DNA of 32,000 nucleotides from Dickeya dadantii NCPPB 898 (GTDB lineage Bacteria; Pseudomonadota; Gammaproteobacteria; Enterobacterales; Enterobacteriaceae): NCBI RefSeq assembly GCF_000406145.1, contig NZ_CM001976.1, positions 4,639,545 to 4,671,544 of the forward strand, read 5' to 3'. Shown piece by piece: positions 24,466 to 32,000 of this stretch (position 1 is its first letter; each line of letters starts with the position of its first letter). The notes under the pieces were generated by a model. It saw only the letters and a program-made list of their open reading frames with translations, ran no database searches and was not told where the DNA came from. The position numbers and the translations under genes were made by a program.

Positions 24466-25041
24466 ATGGCCAAGAACGTCGCCATTCTTTTAGCTCCCGG
24501 ATTCGAAGAAGCGGAAGCAATTATGGTGATCGATGTGCTGCATCGCACAAAACTGGACGTCACCCTGCTTTCCTGTCACGACCGGCTGGAGCTGCACAGT
24601 TACCACAATATCCGCATGTTCGCGGATGCCCTGCTGGAAAGAAATATGGACCGGCTGTTCGATGCCGTGGTGATTCCGGGCGGTCCGCAGGGCACGGTAA
24701 ACCTGGCCGCCAATCCGCTGGTGACGGAGTTTATTCGCCGCCATGACGAAGCCGGCAAGCTGATTTGCCCGCTGTGCTCGGCGGCTGCCAGGGTGCTGGG
24801 CGGCAACCAGTTGCTGAAAGGACGCCGCTACGTCTGCTCCGGCGATCTGTGGAAAGACGTGACCGACGGCGTGTATGTCGACCAGAAAGTGGTGGAAGAC
24901 GGCAATCTGATCAGCGGCAAAGGACTTGGCGTCGCGTTTGATTTCGCGTTCACGCTTGCCAGCCGACTGAGCGAAGATCGCGATGATGTGAACTTCCAGG
25001 TCGAGCATATCTATTACGACTACTGGCGCGTGCCCGCCTGA
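24466..25041 (+). CDS. DJ-1/PfpI (ThiJ/YajL-like) family protein
   Basis: I trimmed the track ORF to MAKNVAILLAPGFEEAEAIMVIDVL (ATG 24466, with GGAGA 5 nt upstream). Other family features are AVVIPGGPQG, a nucleophile-elbow-like LICPLCSAAA, and ISGKGLGVAFDFA. Confidence 0.8.
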   Translation: MAKNVAILLAPGFEEAEAIMVIDVLHRTKLDVTLLSCHDRLELHSYHNIRMFADALLERNMDRLFDAVVIPGGPQGTVNLAANPLVTEFIRRHDEAGKLICPLCSAAARVLGGNQLLKGRRYVCSGDLWKDVTDGVYVDQKVVEDGNLISGKGLGVAFDFAFTLASRLSEDRDDVNFQVEHIYYDYWRVPA

Positions 25042-25053
25042 ATCAACGCCCTG

Positions 25054-25076
25054 TGACGGCGCGCTGCGCCGTCACG
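25054..25076. terminator. 10-bp GC hairpin (GTGACGGCGC-gct-GCGCCGTCAC) between the convergent DJ-1 gene and xylR
   Basis: Read directly. There is no U-tract, so terminator function is uncertain. Confidence 0.3.
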
Positions 25077-25196
25077 CCCTCCTGCCGCACGCCGATGAGA
25101 CCCGCCGCTTATTCGTACCACGGCAGCGGCCGCACCCCATAACGGCCGAACCTCATACAGAAGCGCCGTCCACCAGGTTATTCGCCACCCGCCCGA

Positions 25197-26402
25197 TCAT
25201 TCATTGTCATACCGACTGTCGCCATAGCCGCCTTCACCATAGCGCTCGCGATATTCGCGCGGCGTCAGATCGTAATCCTTTCGAAACACGGAATAGAAAT
25301 ACGGCAGCGAGGGATAACCGCACATAGACGAAATCTCGTTGATCGACAGCGACGTAGACACCAGCAAATTTCTCGCCCGCTCCAGTTTTTCGGTGTGGAT
25401 CATGCCGTGAATGGTCTGCCCGGTTTCATCCTTGAAGCGCTTTTCAAGGTTGGAACGCGACAACCCGACCGCATCCAACACCTGCTCCACCTTGATGCCT
25501 TTACAGGCATGATGACGGATGAAATGCATCGCCTGAATCACCGCCGGGTCGTGCACCGAACGGTAATCGGTCGAACTGCGCTCCACCACCCGCAGCGGCG
25601 GCACCAGAATGCGCTGCAACGGCAGCGCATAAGGCGTCAGCAGCAGTTGGTGCAACAGCTTGGCAGCGCGATACCCCATCTGCCGCGTTCCCTGCGCCAC
25701 CGAAGATAGGGCGACGCGCGACAGGTAGCGGGTCAGTTCTTCGTTGTCGATACCGATCACGCATAGCTTTTCCGGCACTGCGATGTTCAGGTGCTCGCAC
25801 ACCTGCAACAGGTGGCGGGCGCGAGCGTCCGTCACCGCGATGATGCCGGTTTGCGGCGGCAGGGTCTGGACCCAGTCCGCCAGCCGGTTCTGGGCATACT
25901 GCCAGTTGCCCGGCGATGTCTCCATGCCCTGATACACCACGCCCTGATACTGCTCCGCCGCCACCAGTTGCCGAAAGGCGTGCTCCCGCTCCTGCGCCCA
26001 CCCTTTCCCCACCGATGCCGGCAGGCCGTAAAACGCGAACCGGTTCAACCCTTTATTCTTCAGATGCAAAAACGCGCTCTCTACCAGCGCGGAATTGTCA
26101 GTGGCGATGTAATGCACCGGCGGATAATCCTGCGGACAGTGATAAGAACCGCCCACACCCACCAGCGGCACCCGCACCCCGGACAGCAACGCGATAATCG
26201 CCGGATCGTCGAAATCTGCGATTACGCCATCCCCCAGCCAGTCGCGGATATTGTCGATACGACAGCGAAAATCCTCCTCGATGAAGATATCCCAGTCGCA
26301 CTGAGACGCCTGCAGGTACTCACCTACACCCTCAACCACCTGCCGGTCGTATACTTTGTTGGCATTGAACAGCAACGTAATACGGTAGCGTTTCTCAAAC
26401 AT
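25197..26402 (-). CDS. xylR: Xylose operon regulator XylR (periplasmic-binding-protein-like domain + AraC HTH)
   Basis: 401 aa. The N-terminus MFEKRYRITLLFNANKVYDRQVVEGVGEYLQASQCDWDIFIEEDFR is nearly identical to my memory of E. coli XylR. It has a C-terminal AraC HTH. Confidence 0.9.
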   Translation of the reverse strand: MFEKRYRITLLFNANKVYDRQVVEGVGEYLQASQCDWDIFIEEDFRCRIDNIRDWLGDGVIADFDDPAIIALLSGVRVPLVGVGGSYHCPQDYPPVHYIATDNSALVESAFLHLKNKGLNRFAFYGLPASVGKGWAQEREHAFRQLVAAEQYQGVVYQGMETSPGNWQYAQNRLADWVQTLPPQTGIIAVTDARARHLLQVCEHLNIAVPEKLCVIGIDNEELTRYLSRVALSSVAQGTRQMGYRAAKLLHQLLLTPYALPLQRILVPPLRVVERSSTDYRSVHDPAVIQAMHFIRHHACKGIKVEQVLDAVGLSRSNLEKRFKDETGQTIHGMIHTEKLERARNLLVSTSLSINEISSMCGYPSLPYFYSVFRKDYDLTPREYRERYGEGGYGDSRYDNE

Positions 26403-26589
26403 GGCGATACGTTCTCTTCAGACAGTGCGTGGTGGGCGTCGTCGCTTCTCCGGGCGAAATCCGGCACGAAAATCGGCCTTCCGCCTAAATAGCACGGCCG
26501 ACCGGTAGCCCAAAAATAATTTCCTTACTTTGCGAACTGTCTCGCTCATTTTGCCGTGGATGTCCTGTCATCCCTGCCATCCACAGCAT

Positions 26590-27783
26590 TCAGGCTTTGT
26601 GTTTGGTGGCGGTATCCATCCACACCGCCAGCAGCAAAATGCCGCCCTTGACGATGTACTGCCAGAAGGTGGGCACATCGAGCATGCTCATGCCGTTATC
26701 CAGCGATGCCATGATGAACGCCCCCATCACCGCGCCCGCCACACTACCCACCCCGCCCGCCAGACTGGTGCCGCCGATGACGCAGGCGGCGATGGCGTCC
26801 AGTTCCGCGATATTCCCGGCAGACGGCGACCCGGCGCCCAGCCGGGAACTGAGCACCAGACCCGCTACCGCCACCATCAGGCCGTTGATGGCGAACACCG
26901 CCAGCTTGGTGCGCTCGACATCCACCCCCGACAGACGCGCCGCGTCGATATTGCCGCCCACAGCGTAAATACGCCGCCCGAACGCAGTACGCGCCGCCAT
27001 GAACATGCCGCCCAGCATGATGAGCGTCAGCAACAGCACCGGCGTCGGCACGCCGCGATAATCATTGAGCAGATAGATAGCGCCCAGCACCAGCACCGCC
27101 ATCAGCGACTGACGGGCGACATCGCCGGAAGCGGCGGCCACCGGCAACCCCAAACGCTGACGACGCAACCGCTGACGCCAGCGCCACACCACAAACAGCA
27201 TCAGCCCGATGACGCCGAACAAAAATCCCACACCTTCCGGCAGATAACTCTGGCCAATCTGCGACATCGCCGGGCTGGTAGGCGATACCGTCGTCCCGTT
27301 GGTGATACCGATCAGCACGCCGCGAAACGCCAGCATGCCCGCCAGCGTCACAATGAACGACGGCACGCGCCGGTACGCCACCCACCAGCCGTTCCAGGCA
27401 CCGAGCAACAGCCCCAATAGCAGGGTCACCGCCACCGTCAGGGGCAACGGCCAACCGAACCAGACATCCAGAATCGCCGCCACGCCACCCAGCAGCCCCA
27501 TCATGGAGCCGACCGACAGGTCGATCTCGGCGGAAATAATCACAAACACCATGCCCACCGCCAGAATGCCGGTGATGGCGGTCTGGCGTAGCAGGTTGGA
27601 AATGTTGCGTGCGCTGAGGTACGCGCCGTCGGTCATGAAGGTGAAAAACAGCATGATTGCGACAATCGCCGCGATCATCACCAACACCTGTAGATTGAAA
27701 GAACGGCGGCGAGGCGCTCCGCCGGAAGACGCCACCGGCGCGGGCGTACGGTCAGACAGCCAGGTTTTCAGCATGATGCTCAC
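26590..27783 (-). CDS. xylH: D-xylose ABC transporter permease
   Basis: 397 aa. Long stretches match E. coli XylH as I remember it ([43 protein letters not shown]..). The start overlaps the xylG end. Confidence 0.9.
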   Translation of the reverse strand: MSIMLKTWLSDRTPAPVASSGGAPRRRSFNLQVLVMIAAIVAIMLFFTFMTDGAYLSARNISNLLRQTAITGILAVGMVFVIISAEIDLSVGSMMGLLGGVAAILDVWFGWPLPLTVAVTLLLGLLLGAWNGWWVAYRRVPSFIVTLAGMLAFRGVLIGITNGTTVSPTSPAMSQIGQSYLPEGVGFLFGVIGLMLFVVWRWRQRLRRQRLGLPVAAASGDVARQSLMAVLVLGAIYLLNDYRGVPTPVLLLTLIMLGGMFMAARTAFGRRIYAVGGNIDAARLSGVDVERTKLAVFAINGLMVAVAGLVLSSRLGAGSPSAGNIAELDAIAACVIGGTSLAGGVGSVAGAVMGAFIMASLDNGMSMLDVPTFWQYIVKGGILLLAVWMDTATKHKA

Positions 27784-29293
27784 TCCTTAATGCGGCTTCC
27801 ATCACCTGCTCCTGCGTCAGGCCCCGGTTGGGCAAATCCGCCTTGAGCCGCCCCTGATGCATCACCAGCACCCGGTCGCTCAGGCCCAGCACCTCGGGCA
27901 GTTCGGAGGAAATAACGATGACGGCGATCTGTTGCTTCACCAACTGGTTGATCAGTTTGTAGATTTCATATTTTGCACCGATGTCGATCCCCCTGGTCGG
28001 TTCATCCAAAATCAGGATTTTCGGGCGCAACATCAGACATTTCGCCAGAATGGCCTTTTGCTGATTACCGCCGCTGAGACGGGCAATCGCCAGTTCCGGC
28101 GACGCGGTTTTCACTTTCAGGTGGGCGATCGATTCACGCAGGCTGTGCTGCTCGTCGGCGTCCCGCAGCACCGACAGCGCGCCGGCGAACTGGTCGAGCG
28201 CCGCCAGCGTGATGTTCTGCGCCACACTCATCACCGGAATGATGCCGTCCTTCTTGCGATCTTCCGGCACCATGGCGATCCCCAGCGCCATCGCCTGCCG
28301 GCAGTGCCGGATAGCGACCGGTTTGCCTTCCACCCGGATATCGCCCTGCCATCGCCCCGGATACGCGCCGAACAGGCACTGAACCGTCTCGGTACGACCG
28401 GCGCCGACCAGCCCGGCGATGCCCAGCACTTCGCCACGGTGCAGGCTGAACGACACATCGTCCACCCGGCGAATATGGCGGTTCACCGGGTGCCAGGCGG
28501 TCAGGTGCTCCACCCGCAGCACCTCTTCGCCGATATCGTGCGGTTCGTTCGGATACAGCTCCGTCAACTCACGGCCCACCATCATGGCGATGATCTGATC
28601 CTCGCTGAGCGAATCCGCCGGGCAGGTGCCAATGTGCCTGCCGTCGCGGATCACGCAGATCACGTCGGAAATCGCCTTGACCTCGTTGAGCTTGTGGGAG
28701 ATGTAGATGCAGGCGATGCCGTGGTGGCGCAGGTCGCGCACGATATCCAGCAAAACGCCGGTTTCCCGTTCGGTCAGCGATGCGGTCGGTTCATCGAGAA
28801 CCAGCAAGCGCACCTGCTTGTTCAATGCTTTGGCGATCTCCACCAGTTGCTGCTGACCCAGCCCCAGTTCGCCAACGCGGGTATTCGGGTCGATGTCCAG
28901 CCGCACCTGCGTCAGCATGGTTTGGCAGCGCAGGTACATGGCGTCGTAATCCATCACGCCGAAGCGCGTGCGCTCATTGCCGAGAAAGATGTTCTCCAGC
29001 ACCGTCATCTCTTTGACCAGCGCCAGTTCCTGGTGAATGATGGCGATCCCTTTCTGCTCGGTGTCGCGGATATGCCCGGCCCGTAGCTCATCGCCAGCAA
29101 ACCGTATGCTGCCCTCATAGCTGCCGTACGGATACACCGCGCACAGCACCTTCATCAGCGTCGACTTGCCTGAACCGTTTTCGCCGCACAACGACAACAC
29201 CTGCCCCGCCTCCAGTTGCAGGCTGACGTTGTCCACCGCTTTCACCGCCCCGAAGGCCTTGGTGATGTTTTTCATTTCCAACAGACACGGCAT
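27752..29293 (-). CDS. xylG: D-xylose ABC transporter ATP-binding protein (duplicated ATPase)
   Basis: 513 aa with two nucleotide-binding halves ([35 protein letters not shown]). Confidence 0.92.
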   Translation of the reverse strand: MPCLLEMKNITKAFGAVKAVDNVSLQLEAGQVLSLCGENGSGKSTLMKVLCAVYPYGSYEGSIRFAGDELRAGHIRDTEQKGIAIIHQELALVKEMTVLENIFLGNERTRFGVMDYDAMYLRCQTMLTQVRLDIDPNTRVGELGLGQQQLVEIAKALNKQVRLLVLDEPTASLTERETGVLLDIVRDLRHHGIACIYISHKLNEVKAISDVICVIRDGRHIGTCPADSLSEDQIIAMMVGRELTELYPNEPHDIGEEVLRVEHLTAWHPVNRHIRRVDDVSFSLHRGEVLGIAGLVGAGRTETVQCLFGAYPGRWQGDIRVEGKPVAIRHCRQAMALGIAMVPEDRKKDGIIPVMSVAQNITLAALDQFAGALSVLRDADEQHSLRESIAHLKVKTASPELAIARLSGGNQQKAILAKCLMLRPKILILDEPTRGIDIGAKYEIYKLINQLVKQQIAVIVISSELPEVLGLSDRVLVMHQGRLKADLPNRGLTQEQVMEAALRSEHHAENLAV

Positions 29294-29367
29294 AACCCCT
29301 CCGCCTGACCGATGCCGCTCACCCGGCGATGCCGCATCTGCGACTCGCCGGGCGACGGGCGAACTGG

Positions 29368-30363
29368 TTAATAAATATCTGCTTTCTTATGGAACCCATC
29401 GGCGACGACGGTACTGTCGATATTCGTCTTGTCGACCGGGATTGGCGTCAGCAGGAAAGCGGGTACGTCTTTCTTGCCGTTGTTGAGCGTGGCGTTGGAC
29501 TCCGGTTTTTTCCCCTCTCCCAGCGACACCGCGATATTCGCCGCGTCCTGCGCCAGTTTGCTGATGGGTTTGTACACGGTCATGGTCTGGGTGCCGGCCA
29601 CGATCCGTTTGATGGCCGCCAGATCGGCGTCCTGACCGGAGATCGCCACCTTGCCGGCCAGCCCCTGAGCGGAAAGCGCCTGAATCGCACCGCCTGCGGT
29701 CGCGTCGTTTGAGGCCACCACCGCATCAATCTTGTTGTTGTTGGCGGTCAGCGCGTTCTCCATGATTTTCAGCGCATTTTCCGGCAGCCAGGCGTCCACC
29801 CACTGGTCGCCCGCCACCTTAATCTTGCCGCTATCAATTAACGGTTTTAATACTTTCATCTGGCCCTGACGGAACAGCTTGGCGTTATTATCAACCGGCG
29901 AGCCGCCCATCAGAAAATAACTGCCCTGCGGCACCTTGTTGATCAAATATTGTGCCTGAAGCTCTCCAACTTTTTCATTATCAAACGAAATGTAAAAATC
30001 GATATCCGCATTATTAATCATACGGTCATAAGCCAGTACTTTTATTCCTTCGCGTTTGGCTTCGGCAATCACGTTACTTAAAACCTGACCGTTATAAGGG
30101 ATAATCACCAACACATCTACGCCGCGGTTAATCATATTTTCTATCTGGGATATCTGCGTTTCTTCATTGCCGTTGGCGGACTGCACAAACACTTTCGCCC
30201 CTTTTTCTTCGGCGTTTTTCACAAAAATATCCCGATCCTTCTGCCAGCGTTCGAGGCGCAGGTCGTCGATAGCCATGCCGATTTTAACCTCTTTGGCAAA
30301 CCCCGGCTGACTCAGCATGGCAAGTGCGGCACAGGCTGACAGTAATACGTGTTTCATTTTCAT
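29368..30363 (-). CDS. xylF: D-xylose-binding periplasmic protein
   Basis: 331 aa. It has a signal peptide ([23 protein letters not shown]) and a periplasmic-binding fold of the XylF type. It is the first gene of xylFGH. Confidence 0.92.
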   Translation of the reverse strand: MKMKHVLLSACAALAMLSQPGFAKEVKIGMAIDDLRLERWQKDRDIFVKNAEEKGAKVFVQSANGNEETQISQIENMINRGVDVLVIIPYNGQVLSNVIAEAKREGIKVLAYDRMINNADIDFYISFDNEKVGELQAQYLINKVPQGSYFLMGGSPVDNNAKLFRQGQMKVLKPLIDSGKIKVAGDQWVDAWLPENALKIMENALTANNNKIDAVVASNDATAGGAIQALSAQGLAGKVAISGQDADLAAIKRIVAGTQTMTVYKPISKLAQDAANIAVSLGEGKKPESNATLNNGKKDVPAFLLTPIPVDKTNIDSTVVADGFHKKADIY

Positions 30364-30594
30364 CGTAGAGTACCTTTGTTATAGGAAGGCAGGATAAAAA
30401 CGTCACTTCACTTACGACTACGTTGCATGAAATTGTTGACAAGAAAAGTCAGGGTCAGCAATTGCTGATTTTTATCTCTGAATTACGTTTTTTGGTTTAA
30501 TTGTTATTTTTTGATAGCGGTCATATTTTCATCTTGTTAATCCGTTTCATAACACAACCGATTGCGAGCGGTTTTGCAGATTATTCCGGTTATT

Positions 30595-30616
30595 TTTTGC
30601 GATCGAGCGCACATTT
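30595..30616. promoter_or_regulatory. Candidate CRP site in the xylF-xylA divergent region
   Basis: TGCGA-tcgagc-GCACA (30598-30613) is a palindromic variant of TGTGA-N6-TCACA. A similar TGCGA..GCACA site is what I remember for the E. coli xyl intergenic region. Confidence 0.4.
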
Positions 30617-30729
30617 AATAATTATCTTAATTTCAGTGTGAAATAACGTAATTGAGGAAACTGGCAGGCAAACGGAATATTGAAACAAGGCTGAAAACAG
30701 CCATTCCGGTGGTTTGCAAGGAGATAACA

Positions 30730-32000
30730 ATGCACGCTTATTTTGATCAGATAGAAAAAGTTCGCTTTGAAGGTCAGGGCAGCCGCAATCCGTTTGCCTT
30801 CCGCCATTACAACCCTGACGAGGTAATCCTCGGCAAGCGCATGGCCGACCATTTGCGTTTTGCGGTCTGTTACTGGCACACCTTCTGCTGGAACGGCACC
30901 GATATGTTCGGCGCCGGCGCTTTCGCCCGGCCCTGGCAGCAGTCCGGCGACGCACTGGCGCTGGCGAAACGCAAGGCCGATATCGCCTTCGAATTCCTGC
31001 ACAAACTGGGCGCGCCCTATTACTGTTTCCACGACGTCGACGTCGCGCCGGAAGGGGGATCGCTGCAGGAATACCTGAACAACTTCGCCGCCATGACCGA
31101 CATTCTGGCGGCCAAACAGCAGGAAACCGGCGTGAAGCTGCTGTGGGGCACCGCCAACTGCTTTACCAACCCGCGTTATGCCGCCGGCGCCGCCACCAAT
31201 CCCGACCCGGAAGTGTTCGCCTGGGCCGCCACGCAGGTGTTCACCGCCATGAACGCCACCAAAACGCTGGGCGGTGAGAATTATGTGCTGTGGGGCGGCC
31301 GCGAAGGTTACGAAACCCTGCTCAATACCGACCTGCGCCAGGAGCGCGAACAGATTGGGCGCTTCATGCAGATGGTGGTGGAGCACAAGCATAAGATCGG
31401 TTTCAACGGCACGCTGCTGATCGAACCCAAACCGCAGGAGCCTACCAAACACCAGTACGACTATGATGTCGCTACCGTCTATGGCTTCCTCAAACAGTTC
31501 GGGCTGGAGAAGGAAATCAAGGTCAATATCGAAGCCAATCACGCCACGCTGGCGGGGCATACGTTCCACCATGAGATCGCCACCGCGATAGCGCTCGGCA
31601 TCTTTGGTTCGGTGGACGCCAACCGCGGCGACCCGCAGCTTGGCTGGGATACCGACCAGTTCCCCAACAGCGTGGAGGAAAACGCGCTGGTGCTCTATGA
31701 AATCCTGAAAGCGGGCGGGTTCACCACCGGCGGCCTCAATTTCGACGCCAAGGTCCGCCGCCAGAGCACCGATCGCTACGACCTGTTCCACGCCCATATC
31801 GGCGCGATGGATACGCTGGCGCTGGCGCTCAAGGTGGCGGTTCGCATGCTGGAAGACGGCGAACTGAATCAGCACGTCGCCAACCGTTACGCCGGCTGGA
31901 ACAGCGAACTGGGGCAGCAGATCCTGCAAGGCAACGCGTCGCTGGAGATGCTGGCAGGTTACGCCGCCCGTCACCAGCTTGACCCACAGCACCACAGCGG
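30730..32000 (+). CDS. xylA: Xylose isomerase, truncated by the right window edge (about 17 codons missing)
   Basis: I translated from ATG 30730 (AGGAG 7 nt upstream), giving [56 protein letters not shown].. It is not in the ORF track because it is open at the edge. The 457-aa minus ORF 30622..31995 is its antisense shadow. Confidence 0.92.
   Translation, partial: MHAYFDQIEKVRFEGQGSRNPFAFRHYNPDEVILGKRMADHLRFAVCYWHTFCWNGTDMFGAGAFARPWQQSGDALALAKRKADIAFEFLHKLGAPYYCFHDVDVAPEGGSLQEYLNNFAAMTDILAAKQQETGVKLLWGTANCFTNPRYAAGAATNPDPEVFAWAATQVFTAMNATKTLGGENYVLWGGREGYETLLNTDLRQEREQIGRFMQMVVEHKHKIGFNGTLLIEPKPQEPTKHQYDYDVATVYGFLKQFGLEKEIKVNIEANHATLAGHTFHHEIATAIALGIFGSVDANRGDPQLGWDTDQFPNSVEENALVLYEILKAGGFTTGGLNFDAKVRRQSTDRYDLFHAHIGAMDTLALALKVAVRMLEDGELNQHVANRYAGWNSELGQQILQGNASLEMLAGYAARHQLDPQHHS

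Noticed and set aside
26530..27420. 296-aa plus-strand ORF rich in His/Arg/Gln
   Set aside because: It is antisense to xylH.
27857..29086. 409-aa plus-strand ORF
   Set aside because: It is antisense to xylG. It has no motifs and a biased composition.
30622..31995. 457-aa minus-strand ORF, the longest ORF listed at the right end
   Set aside because: It is the antisense shadow of xylA. The plus frame from 30730 translates to an unmistakable xylose isomerase. The minus product is a low-complexity, Gly/Val/Arg-rich sequence with no motifs.

Overview
The gene content and order fit a soft-rot Pectobacteriaceae chromosome of the Dickeya type. All names come from reading the translations and from memory; no database search was run. 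From left to right the window holds four blocks. (1) 1-12540 is the right-hand part of a vfm-type small-molecule signalling and biosynthesis locus in three transcription units. The first unit is minus-strand and encodes an ABC ATPase, a duplicated FtsX permease, a sigma54 response regulator, a histidine kinase and a PPTase that runs off the left edge. The second is a plus-strand AraC regulator. The third is minus-strand and encodes a KAS III-like enzyme, an ACP, an orphan protein, a MATE exporter and an alpha/beta hydrolase. (2) 12541-21220 holds the indigoidine genes indC-indB-indA and the divergent pecM/pecS pair. (3) 21239-25041 holds argG, rcnA/rcnR and a DJ-1/PfpI gene. (4) 25197-32000 holds xylR, xylHGF and the start of xylA. 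The most interesting material is regulatory and structural detail inside the vfm part. This includes a perfect -24/-12 sigma54 promoter in front of the AraC gene and a TCCCAT-core motif shared by two vfm promoter regions with about 21-bp phasing. It also includes a kinase without a periplasmic domain that shares an operon with a MacB-type transporter, and a 9-bp tandem repeat full of in-frame ATGs ahead of the KAS III-like gene. That enzyme also has non-canonical catalytic residues, and there are sharp low-GC patches inside otherwise GC-rich genes. I saw no tRNA, rRNA, CRISPR array, transposase or integrase. Many long track ORFs are antisense shadows of real genes in GC-rich DNA. Two real genes that are open at the window edges (PPTase at the left, xylA at the right) are missing from the ORF track.
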